Positions 53,101-64,000 of a DNA stretch of 64,000 nucleotides are shown here, piece after piece. The translations under genes were made by a program, and so were the position numbers. This DNA comes from Phoronis australis (Eukaryota > Animalia > Phoronida). Location of the stretch: positions 1-64,000 of the forward strand of contig NMRA01000391.1 in the NCBI GenBank assembly GCA_002633005.1, given 5' to 3'. The notes below the pieces were generated by a model. The model had not been told where the DNA came from and did not search any database. It was given only the letters and a program-made list of their open reading frames with translations. Position 1 is the first letter of the stretch. Every line of letters begins with the position of its first letter.

Positions 53101-56100
53101 ATGTGATGGTGCTGGAAGGGTCTGACCAAGGGCAGGCAAACCAGGAAGCCCCCAGCGCGCACGATGACAGAGCAGTCGAAGTTGAGTAGACCGATCAATG
53201 TTTTAAGATCGCTTAGAGTACGTTTCGGCGCTTCTGAAAGTCGAGGAGAAGGTCTGTAGTCTTATCCACCTTGTCCTGTGGGAGAGAGGCACTCACGGTC
53301 GTAGAGTCAAGATGGATGCCATAAATGGTGATAGAGGTGGTTGGTTGAACCGTCTTGTCGTATTTGATGGGGATGCCTACGGAATCGCAGAGTGACATGA
53401 ATGCGGTGAGGTCCTTGGAGCATTTCGGCGGGAATGGGGACCCACGAGGAAGTCGTCTAGGAAGTGAGATACGCCGGCGACATTGAGCATGTTTTCCATT
53501 ATCCATTGAATCGCAGAACTGGCGTTCTCAAAGATGTTGCAGCTAGAGGCACAGCCAAATGGTAGCCAAGTTGTTGGCCCAGGATAGGATTAAAAATGCT
53601 AGTCGTCAGGATGAACTGGTACGATGCGAAAAGCGTTCTTGATGTCGGTCTTTGCCATGAGGGAGTTGGCTGCAGACTGTTGAACCAAGCGGATAGCGTC
53701 AGTGATGGATTGGGACTGGACTTGAGAGAATTGAGGGGAAATGGGGGAGGTAACCGAGACGGATATGACAAGTTATGAATTAGACGAAAACTGTTAGGTT
53801 GAGACTTAGGGATGAAGGCAAGAGGTGATAAAGAGAAAAATGGGAATGGAGGAGACGTGAAGGGACCAGCATAGCGACCCAGCAGAACCTCGGTCTGTAT
53901 TTGGTGAAAGGCAACATTAGGGTTACGGAGTGCAGACGGGTGGTTGGTGGGGGGAGGGGTGGCAGATCTGGGAGGCGCCAAGCCTGGAATCGAAAGAGAA
54001 ACCATTTATTTCTTCCGTAGCCAAGTGGATATCGTAACGTGGGGGGTTAAGCGTGTTTACTTTTAGGGGTGTTGGAGTACCTAGCAAATCAATGCGGTGC
54101 TGGGTGCGGTGACAGCTATGGAGCTGGAGGTGCATGAACGGGCCGGGTGGTTGGTGCCGCGGAAACCGCAACAGTGCTGATATCGGCAGAGCGGAAGGGT
54201 GCAAGGCTGGTCGTTTAACTTCCAGCAGATACTTGTGGGGAAAGAGTGGGGGTTAGGGGTCGAGGCACGAGGGCCTCGAAAAATGTGGAGTTGGATGAGC
54301 AGGTGGGGTGGCTTTGGATCCTGTTGAACTTGAGGCAAACTTGGCGCCAGAGGTCCGTCCCAGTGGACATGGCCCTACATGAATGGGAAAGATGACCTAA
54401 ATTTCCTAAAATGTGTGTCATAGAACAAGGCCAGGGCCCGGTCTCCAATCTTTTTACTCGAAATGGAACTCGAAATTAGGTTTGGCATTTTCTACTCTAC
54501 GTTCGGGCGAACTCAAGATAAGTGTCTATTATTCTATGCTCGAGTACACAATAACTTACGTAGATAATTTATTGCCCTTAGTTCACAGTTTGTAAACCCA
54601 ATATTAAAGCAATAAGTTCGAGTTTGAACTTGAAATTTCGAGTTTTTACTCGAGTTTGTAGCACGAATATAAGGGTCTTCAAGGGCAAACTTGAACTAGA
54701 AACTCCTATGCATAAACTATAATTTATTCGATCACAGTCTGATAACCAATTATCTAAGTTCGCACAAAAGGAGCAGAGAAATTTCCAAAAATAGTTTCGA
54801 GTTCGTTTCGAGTACAAAGATTAGAGACCGGGCCCNNNNNNNNNNNNNNNNNNNNNNNNNNNNNNNNNNNNNNNNNNNNNNNNNNNNNNNNNNNNNNNNN
54901 NNNNNNNNNNNNNNNNNNNNNNNNNNNNNNNNNNNNNNNNNNNNNNNNNNNNNNNNNNNNNNNNNNNNNNNNNNNNNNNNNNNNNNNNNNNNNNNNNNNN
55001 NNNNNNNNNNNNNNNNNNNNNNNNNCTGCCCTTGCCCCCCCCCCCCAACACAGAATCCTGAATCCGCACCTGGCAAATGTTTAAATTTCATGTCGATCGG
55101 TCGAAAAAGGCGACCTCTAGTAGCGTGTGTAAAGGAGGAGTGAGGAACGGGTAAAAAAGAACAGTCATCAGATCAGTAATCTCGGATAACTCGCGAACGG
55201 TAAATTGTAGTGAGAATCTGGCACACTACGCAGATAGCGCCTTGTGAGTTTTATCTACATACCAAATTTCTTAAAAAATTGTCAAGGGACACTGGAGACT
55301 GGCAGAACGACAAATCAATCAATGAAAGAGCATTCACCAGAAAATTTTGAATTACCCGAGAACAGTAAGTCGTAGAAAAAAACGGACGTCACAATCGTTG
55401 GCGAGAGCTATCCACATGGACACACTGGATTCCAGAAGAAACCTTCAGAGAACTGCACAGCTAATGCTTAACAACCATGGCAAGAAAAAAGGGCCGAAAT
55501 CAATCAATGAAAGAACAGTCGTCAAAAATCTTGAATGAATGAGAACGGCGACGAATTAACAGATGGTGTAAATTCCATGCAGCTCCTTCTACGTTCCAAA
55601 TATTAGAAGAATCCCTCGAACGACCACGAAGAAAAAGTTCCATGAAGCGAAATGGTTTCTACAGACCAGTAATGTGTTCGATGTTGACCAATAACAATAG
55701 GCCTCAAGCAATCCAGTTAATCAGTATGTCAAAATTTTCAGAAATGTAGCCAGTATCGTGTAAAAACATAGCAAAAACTGAAACTCCCTTGACTATAGAG
55801 TAAAGGACATGTTGTATCGCATTTCTTCAGTGGCAGAAAAATATCAAAATCCTACTTTATTCACAAGTTTTGGAACAAAGATCCATAGCCAAGAAAGTGA
55901 CACTGTCGTTTGTGTCTAGTAATGGGCTCTCCTTGGCGTCAGGAATTCAGTTGAAGGTTTTCACCGCAAAAGTAAACGAAACCAAAAGTTGCTCAATTGG
56001 TTTTAAAATGAAAAAACGCAAAAACGTTCTTTTACTTTAATGAGTCTTCTGTTTTTTATTTTCAGATCCAACGCTTCTTCAATTTCCGGACCAGATTTCT

Positions 56101-59100
56101 GCATCTGTTGAGATGAACATTCTCAGTCAAAACAAAACGATGTACATCTTGGAGTTGTATGACGCTGTTTCGAGTCGTTACGCTTTAGAAATCTCCGAAG
56201 GTTTTGACAAATACAGCGTTATTTTTGATAACGCCACGCAACAAGTTTACACTTCGCTCATTGGTGAAAGTATGTATAAATACGAACCAAATAAAATTTG
56301 GCTACAACAGTATTTCACATACTTAGAATGTTAAGTTTTGGCATCACAAATTTGAAAATAATAAGAACGAGTGTTTCAGAAAGTGATATATGGAATTTAC
56401 CGAAACTTTGTTTGTTCGTATTACAAACTACCATTGTTTTTGTTCTATCTTTTTGTTGCACACTGCTTATGCAACAACTATACAAGGCTTCTGGTTTTTG
56501 ACGCACTATAGTTTTCTCACTTAGCAAAAGTTCATTTGTCCGACAAAACGCTGGAGACTAGATTGGATTTTGAACCATCTTGGTTTCTGGCCCAACCTAC
56601 ATTGATTCCTTCATTCTGAGTTAATTACACGTAATATTAGCGCTTTATTGAAGATGTGTCATACGTGTTTCATTGTCACTACTTTAGGTTTCACGTTAAC
56701 TATTAAACGGATTTTTAAATCCTTTCATCTTTTTTGTCTGAATACCAAGCAAAAGCATGAATTACAACTTTTAACAATTTTCAAAAATCGTTATTACAGA
56801 GCTTCTCGAGCAAATTCCTTCTCGCCCCTCTGTGTGTGAACATCTCGATAATAACTTGTGCGAAGAACTCGTTGAAATACAAACCACTGCGTAAAGTAAA
56901 ACACAAATCAATCTCAAAATTTCTTTGTGAAATGCAGAAGACTATATCTGTATTGTACTCGTGCATACATGTACAATACGTTTATACGGAATTACTTAGT
57001 AAAACTCCATGTCTTTTATAGAAAAATGTGTGGCAAGTGACGTCAAGTCAGATCCTCACGGATTTCTTTTCGCTGACGCCAATGGGAATTTTATGTCGTT
57101 TTCCAAATCAATACGGTTTGGTGACAAGTACAAAGTCACCAAACGGCCGGCTGTGGAAAGACATCGCGGAATTTTGGTGGATGTCTACGACAGTTGCGTC
57201 TACATCGAAGAAAATGGCAGACAATCTACCATGAATGTCGTATACTATTTTGCAAGTAAGTTTAAACTTATTGTGTTTTGTTCTAATAATCATGCCTAAT
57301 GCTCGAGTACATGTGAACAAACATAATTTTGTAAAAACAAACGTCGATCCATCTCCCGCACCCTGTTTCGTTTGGGTGAGACACACTTTCATTGTCCGAT
57401 TTAAAATGGTTCGTGGTTTCACCTTTCAGATCAAGACGCCTGGCAGACTGGTTACGGCTCGAATATAACTCCTGTGAGGATTGAAGTAAAAGGCACTATT
57501 CAAGACGGCACGGACAAGCAAGAGTTTGAGCATCATTATGAAATCACATTCTTTTATGACAATATCGATGGTCAAGAAGATCGGTTTTTAGTAAGTTGAA
57601 AGTTCACCTACATACGGCAGGCTTTCACGAGCACGTTCTTTGCCAAACACAGATGTGTACACCAGTGACGCAGTCAGTTCTTTGACATCTTTCTTAGAGG
57701 TTAGTTTCAGTCTCTGTGTACACATCTACCATATCTCTAAAACGTGAGTTTTATCAAATTTCTCATATCTCTTCTCACCAACCTCTCTGTTGATGACTGA
57801 ATTAAAGTAAAAGTTATTTTTTAGTAAATGTGGTGTTGCTGTTGTTTTTCTTTTGTTGTTGTTGTTTTCTTTTGTTGTTGTTGTTTTGTTTTGTTGTTGT
57901 CATTTCTTTCCTCGACGTCGTTCGTCGTGATTGTTCATTAGTTGGACGCTTTTGTAGCTAAAAAGAGTATGAGAAGATAGCGATGAGACGATGGTGAAAA
58001 TGTTCCAATCACGTAGTGCGAACTTTCAGACCCGCTCATTCTCTTTACAGACACCACCTGTTGTGGCGTGCCAAGCCAAAAAATCATTGCAGAAATTACC
58101 GCCAATTGGACGATATTTCAGTTTTACAGTAGAAGAGGTCAACACAGATAAAGCGTTTACGTCCTATTTGCGGGTATTGTAATCAGTCTGAAAAGTTTCT
58201 GAAAATTGCAGGCACTCATAGAACGCTAAGCTCCCCCAAAGGATCGCATGCGACCATTACAGGGTCTATTTACTTATAAATAGAAAGTCGGCCAACTGCA
58301 CCGCTTGCAGGTTGTATAGTGTATTGCCGCGCCTGTTGGACACCGATTTGTTCCAGCCATTAAGAAATTTTTGATATAAACAATTACAAGGCGTGTTTTA
58401 AGATACTTGTGCTATAAAACGCTGTTTATCAGTTGTATTTTCAATAAAATGTTGTTCATGAAAAGCAAATCAATTTTTGAAAAGAAAACAGGAGCGTCTA
58501 TATGCATATTAATGCAGGGCCTATGTAGGGGTTATTTCCTGGGATTATATGCTAAACTTTGGCGAATGCGCCAATGTGAGATCCACTTGCGTAAAATGGC
58601 AGCCAAAAACGCATTATTTCGGATATAGGCCCATGGGCCTAAAGGCGTGGTAATGTGATACTTTATATACGTCAACATTCTTCGTGTCCCATTTTCAACA
58701 TCTCTTGGACTATTCTTCCAAATGCATCCAGAAGGTTTTGAGTTTCTCCAAACCAACTTCACTTTCTGTAAATGTTCAGCTTTCAACAAAGACGGTAACA
58801 ATAGAAGAGTATTTTGTTGACCTGGCGTACTTAGTAAAGAGGTCAAGCCGTTAATCATTTCATTGATGTCTTGAATTTTCTTTCAAACATCGACGGAAGC
58901 TAGAACGTTACAAATCTTTCAATTCTTGTGTTAAAATTTGAATCTCCCAATCTAACCGTTAAAAAAGTAAAAATTTGTAAATTTCTTTTTAGGAATATTA
59001 TGATTCAGTTGCCAAAATTGTGAGCTATGACTATCGGGCATCAATTTACGACAACTCTCCGTATGGTGACAGGCCCATGAGATATGTTGACGACTTTAAT

Positions 59101-60387
59101 ACAGGTGCGTACCGTGTGAGAGGAAAATAGAGAATGAGGGGGCGGTTGAGAGAGGAAAATGGTGGGGTGAGGGGTTAGACGAGGAGATATTGGGAGTGGA
59201 GCAGTGACGGCAAGAGCCAATGTAAGGGAGAAGGGGATGGAAGGAGGGGGTCAAGAAGAGTTGGTGTTACAAGTTGGCGAACAGGCAAACTGACAGACAG
59301 ATAAATAGGCTGACATGAATACATGTCGGGGAGATAACACGTTTGATTTCAGAGATTGTGTCTGCCTTACAGTTCATTGTGTCCCTATAGTTCGGCATTT
59401 AGTAAAGATATATATAAATTATTACATGGCCCCTCGGGCGATAATTCTCCAAAATCCAATCGGGCTCTAGATAATGGGGATAACGACTGAGAACATGTAA
59501 TAATCTATTTATACCACATACTGAACGAGAAACATTGCAATGAATCGATCTACCTTTCTCGACTCGCCTCGGCTTTGTAACTACTTTCTATGTCAGAGGC
59601 CCGGGTTCGGAGTTCGTGACCTTTTAAGAAAAGCCGAGATATTTTTGTAAAATAATGCTTTTACTCAAAATCAATTGAAAAATAAAACAAAATAGAAATA
59701 AAGTGAATCTATAAATTAAGGTTTAGCAACTGTTATAGCTTACTACACATTTTGTCACGCTAAGCTTCGACCACGAACATATCGTCTGCTAAAATAGGTT
59801 ACCATGACTATAATGCTCAAGTCAAAGGATCCCGACCACACGACACCTGCATTCAAATTGGAGATCAGTGATTTACAAGTGAGAGAACACGAGATAAAAA
59901 TTTCACTGAATTAAAATATCGTTTTTATGGAAATTATGCGTCTTATTTTTCATAGCATATAATTGTCGGTGCAATGCCCTTTGCTGAACATGCGATTGTT
60001 GCGCGTGCTCATTTAAGTATTCTATTTTCACGCGTGATGACGTCAGCCGCTGAACGGTGTAGTGGTAAAGTCGGCGACTCGCAACTGTTGAGGCCCGTGT
60101 TCGAATCCAACGTTGTTCTGTAAATATACCCACACTACACTGTATTTTTCATCTAATAACTCTTTTTTTCTTTTTGTATATATGCGTCCATGTGCACAAT
60201 TTTGTATTTCTAATACTTAGGTATCAACTACATCATCGACAAAGTCCGCAAAAATTGCACGGTTTCAACAATTGATCCCTGGATGATTACATCAAAATCC
60301 TCGCCGGGTGGATATACGAGGATGCGTACGCCCGAAGAATATTTCGATTTGGACAACACTGAGGACGGATGGACTTACCAGGGGCAG
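50173..60387 (+). CDS. Multi-exon gene (3'-incomplete): secreted ependymin/LolA-like repeat protein
   Basis: Exons 50173-50192 (tentative), 51942-52030, 56066-56269 (or 56263), 57022-57255, 57430-57590, 58051-58173, 58993-59104, 60221-60387; phases match; two repeats P..P..FS..VE..EYYD...DFNTG..Y.ID...NC.V and an RGI.VD motif. Confidence 0.8.
50734..50896. mobile_element. MITE family B copy with perfect 5-bp TSD GTGTG
   Basis: gtgtg|cagtggcgaatcc...atccgccactg|gtgtg. Confidence 0.85.
51078..51217. mobile_element. Tandem dimer of MITE family C
   Basis: Two ~70-bp units; outer flanks tagat/cagat. Confidence 0.75.
51942..52030 (+). CDS. Exon: CVLFLLVTMPAVSSTPDTSVCTPHPRSSS
   Basis: ttcttccag / G|GTACAT; phase 2->1. 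Confidence 0.7.
52970..54390 (-). mobile_element. Degraded DIRS/Ngaro-type (tyrosine-recombinase) retrotransposon: gag zinc knuckle, RT, RNase H
   Basis: ICWKLN..CT...CRYQHCC; NHPSALRNP...GRYAGPFTSPPF..LSPLAFIPK..FRLIHNLSYP; MAKTDIKNAFRIVPVHP; LPFGCASSCNIFE; GIHLDS..SLPQDK; LCHNSAVVDII; frameshifted. Confidence 0.88.
54432..54835. mobile_element. TIR element with ~45-bp inverted ends and AAACTCGA repeats
   Basis: cagggcccggtctccaatctttttactcgaaa... / ...tttcgagtacaaagattagagaccgggccc abutting the N gap. Confidence 0.75.
56066..56269 (+). CDS. Exon: PTLLQFPDQISASVEMNILSQNKT...QQVYTSLIGE
   Basis: ttttcag / A|GTATGT; phase 1->1. Confidence 0.85.
57022..57255 (+). CDS. Exon: KCVASDVK...RGILVDVYDSC...VVYYFA
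   Basis: ttttatag / A|GTAAGT; phase 1->1. Confidence 0.88.
57430..57590 (+). CDS. Exon: QDAWQTGYG..PVRIEVKG...FEHHYEITFFYD..EDRFL
   Basis: ctttcag / TTA|GTAAGT; phase 1->0. Confidence 0.88.
58051..58173 (+). CDS. Exon: TPPVVACQAKKSLQKLPPIGRYFSFTVEEV...YLR
   Basis: tttacag / CGG|GTATTG; phase 0->0. Confidence 0.85.
58993..59104 (+). CDS. Exon: EYYDSVAKIVSYDY...YVDDFNT
   Basis: tttttag / G|GTGCGT; phase 0->1. Confidence 0.88.
59413..60110 (+). repeat. Family D element, uninterrupted body, left hairpin arm largely deleted
   Basis: Colinear with 16077-16743 plus 18413-18510; ends in tRNA-like A/B boxes preceded by TGACGTCA. Confidence 0.85.
60221..60387 (+). CDS. Exon: INYIIDKVRKNCTV...MRTPEEYFDLD...WTYQGQ
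   Basis: tacttag / CAG|GTAATT; phase 1->0. Confidence 0.88.
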
Positions 60388-61377
60388 GTAATTCGATTTT
60401 TCGAAAGCTAAATGTAGTACACATAAATTAAGTTTTACCCTTCACAACCATTAATCAAAATTGCGTTTACATGAAATGAAACATAGCCTTTATTTCGACA
60501 CTTGGGACCCAAAAAGCCGTAGTGTTGATTGAAAATCATCTTGTATGAATTTAGTGAATACATGTGTGCACAGCATTGCTCTAGATTTTGCGTGAAGTAA
60601 TTCATAGAAGCTGACGCTTGTTATACACATTTATGTGAATATAGAAGAAAACTGTCCACCAATTCAATGGATAATACTTAGCGCGCATCATAGTCAACTA
60701 GTGCCATTGATTTTTATATGAAATTGTTGGTTTATTTCATATTTTTGTACAGATGAGCAATTCACTTGACTGCTGAGTTCAATGAATAAGATCCGTGATG
60801 CCTGAATAGAATGCCATATACTGCGTAGTTATCTGTAGGAACCTCTCTTATCCCATACGGTCATTTAATGGATTTATAGTCGCGGTGGCAGCCATGAGCA
60901 GGATTTGTAAGATGGGTGGCGTGTTAGAACAGTGAGGGCTCCAAGTGATCAAGGAGAAGCTTTGCATGTTCCTAGATGACGATGCTCAAAATTCCATCGC
61001 TGGACATCAGGCAGAGGGCATTTATTTATGCAATCTAGGCTAAAACGAATATAGCGATGGTGGCAGGTGCCACGTTTTCGTAAGGTTAAGGGCACGAAAG
61101 GAACGGTAATTGGAATAAAAATGGAATAAGGTCGCGGATGTTTTGTAATGTGAACGGGCTCCTTTTTTGTCAGTACTGAGGTGAGTCATGTGCATCATTT
61201 GGTCTGGAAATCGACCGAACAAATGGGTGACTCCAGCAAAAGCCGAAAAACCGCGTTCCGGGTATATTAAACAACTTTCTTCACAGGCCTACTTGCTCAC
61301 TTCAGCAACGCCAGGTTACTTACCTTGGAATTTCCCCAGCGGTCGTGCAATTTCACGGCTGGAACTCGCCGTAACAA

Positions 61378-61735
61378 TTGGCCCCTTCCGGATTACACAG
61401 CGACACCCCAATTTCGCTGTATTTACCCACAATGCCTTAAACATTATTATTTTCTGCCTCGTTTTCGTGCCATTGGAATTTCACATGTGATTTGTTGTTG
61501 TCTGATTCTTTACAAGTTTTTTCTCGGTTGCATCAGTTTATTTGTCCTTCCAGTGCCAAGTATTACTGCTGTGCTGTGGGTTACAAATCCGACGTGAGAA
61601 AGTTTGATAAACTGGAAAAATACCCGTGGATGTGTGATGTGAAGTTTTTCACCTCCCCGACACGAAAATCTCCATGATTTCTAATTTCCGGGACAAAGGA
61701 GAGTTTTATCGCCGGGTAATCCGGGGCGGCCCTAT
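61378..61735 (+). mobile_element. Short ISL2EU/Harbinger-like non-autonomous element carrying a THAP start
   Basis: TIR ggccccttccggattac...gtaatccggggcggcc; encodes KYYCCAVG. Confidence 0.55.
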
Positions 61736-62699
61736 TGTTAATTTTGTAACTCATTAAGCCTGGTTTGAATCAATGACAAGCTGGCCGTCCTTCTCAATCA
61801 CAGAAATCACTTCTGAACTGAGTAGGGTAGTGAATTCGGTCAAATTTATCGTGACATTTGCAAGTGGTCTCAATATATAAAGTTAGTCTGGATTGCAGGT
61901 TCGGTTGTTGCACCTGCTTGCCAGACGAATTTTAATGTTTCGTCTCTCTCACCTTGTTTGGGCGTCTTTGCTACTAGAAGGTCGTCAGCGTGCAGGCGTT
62001 GAAGACTTTGTTACACTCTTATTCAGATGCAGTGTAGTAGTCTGCTGTATGAAGAGTGTTTTTCGCAGTTGCGTCAAGAATGGTCTATCCTTGTTTTCTT
62101 TCGATTGTTGAGGCAATGGTATATAAATAAAGTCGTCCTAGAAACTACTTGATTTCGATTTCCACAGACAGATGAGTACGTCAGGGGAGTGCTTTCAGTA
62201 GACGAAAAACATTGAACGAGAGATGACACAAGTAGGCCTATCGTCATCCGCTCCAAGAGAAGCAACTCGCGAATCTTTCGTTTGTCTACAAAATGCGAAC
62301 CGGTCGGTAAACCATCCTCTACAGTCATGGCCTCTGCGCTGCTAGAAGAGATTTCTTGTTGCTGAAGTTAGACTTTTAACTTTCTGATTTTTGCTTAGTG
62401 AGCGTACTTTTTTTCCTTTAAAACCATACAGGCAATATAGATTCCTAAGTTGAGATAGTAATAGGCATTACCATCCTGGTAGGCGGCCTTCATGTAGTGA
62501 TACTGTTAGCATCCTTGAGTTGGACGACAAAGATCTATTGATTTGGCTTGAATTCTAAATGAAACTCTTTGTTACAATGATCTACGGCACGCATGATGGT
62601 GAGATTTCTGTTCATTGCGTGGTCATGGTGCTAGCTTCACTTTCCATTGTGGATGGCGTAACTGTATGGTAGGAGCTCATGATGACGTTAGATATGGGA

Positions 62700-63340
62700 T
62701 GTTATTCTGGAGACAACAGGCAAGCTCACATTCCAAGACAATGTTGCACGTTATTGCAGTATCCTACGTCAGCTTCTGGTTTTGGCACAAAATCATGTAT
62801 ATTAACGCGAACCTAGTCCACGGGCTACCGCCTGTTCCTAGTGGGCACAAACTTATCTGTTTCTGTTTTCCTCAATTGATTGTCTTGTACAAAGGAAGAG
62901 CACATCAGATCTGTTTAACCAATGATCAGCTGTTGTCCTCTTTTACCGGTTATTCTCGTTCTCCTTTGTTACAAGTCTTCACACTAGCAGAAGAAAACCC
63001 ATGCCATTGTTTTGGAAATCAGGTATATTCGTATCTCTGCGTTGATGTCGGGAAGGCGAAGAATTACACATTTCGCATCTACGAGTATTTGTCCAGTTAT
63101 CAAATTTCATGTCGGAGTTGCAGCCCACAGCACAGCAGTAATACCCCGTTAGCATTGGAAGGACGAAAAGAGTACAATCAGCCGAGAAACACTTGTAAAG
63201 TATCAGACTACAACAAATTGCAACATGCCAATTCCAATGGCATGAAAACGAGGTAGCAAATGTGCCTGACGGAAGTTTACGGCACTGTGGATAAATACGG
63301 CGAGACTCTAGTAGATCTGCGTAATCCGGGAATGACCCTA
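62700..63340 (-). mobile_element. Longer relative of the 61378 element, inverted, with a decayed THAP-like frame
   Basis: End agggtcattcccggattac; MLTGYYCCAVGCNSD...FPK...LMCSSF...FVPT across stops; ~330 bp homologous to 61378-61700. Confidence 0.55.
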
Positions 63341-64000
63341 CTGGCAACACTTTGTGCAATTGAAAGCTCGACAGTATGGCTCATTTTACCCTGTCAAACA
63401 TGATAATTGAACATCATTTTTTTTCAGCGAGTGAGTACATGTAGATAATGGCACAGAATCTATATACTACTTTATGATCTTGCCAGACGAAATGTTCTTT
63501 CAAATATTGTTATTTCACTTTCAAACAAACGGGATATCGGCCGTAGAAATGAGGAATTGGGGTCTTGTTTTAGAAAAATAAGATTTTAGGCTCTCTTAGA
63601 CGTGGTTTGAATGTGCACTGAGTACTGTAAAGGTTACTTACATTTGAAAGAATATTTGCCAAAATTGCAATGCGTTTTTCAAGAGCTCACTGTATTGCTG
63701 ACAATGGTCAAAATTTTATCGCGCATTTTTATGACAGCTTTATGGTATAACGTATTTGAATAATCGAGCAAATTTTTCTTCCTGTTCGTTTTGTAAAAAA
63801 AATGCCCAGGTAAATTTTCACTTCTCCGTCTTATTGTGTTCTAAGTTGAAGAAACTTCAACCGCGTGTTTGTTGAACTCGGATTTTGTCACTCAAGTGCA
63901 CTTAACTGACGTAAATGCTAACGGCAACGCCAAAACATATTCTCCATACATAAATTGGATTTTTCATTCAGTGTGCTGTGCAGTTCGTGTTTGTGACATA

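Noticed and set aside
62615-63256. 213-aa plus-strand ORF
   Set aside because: No recognisable motif; antisense to a decayed THAP element

Overview
Eukaryotic (animal, probably marine invertebrate) genomic DNA with GT-AG introns and a few assembly gaps. By hand-splicing I reconstruct two divergently transcribed multi-exon genes. (1) A 21-exon minus-strand gene (47274->2319, ~1,730 aa) encodes a secreted mosaic protein: signal peptide, Cys/beta-rich N-terminal region, a degenerate Hedgehog-N ('Hedge')-like domain, a ComEC/Rec2-type metallo-beta-lactamase fold lacking its metal ligands, a second well-conserved Hedge domain, a degenerate peptidase M15A-like domain and a Cys-rich C-terminus. It has three furin-type sites and no Hint/Hog domain. 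All splice phases are consistent, but one small exon contains an in-frame TGA unless a weak alternative acceptor is used. (2) A plus-strand gene (50173->60387, continuing past the last exon I can find) encodes a secreted ependymin/LolA-like repeat protein. Introns and intergenic DNA hold many mobile-element relics: two Kolobok-like elements (TTAA TSD, THAP and P2X7C/KolX-like remnants), one nested in a hairpin-plus-tRNA-like repeat whose empty site is also in the window; two Penelope ends with hammerhead-ribozyme motifs; a DIRS/Ngaro relic; IS3EU-like and ISL2EU-like relics; three MITE families with 5-bp TSDs; and a degenerate (CCCTAA)n array at the left edge. Domain calls are by-eye motif recognition, not database hits.
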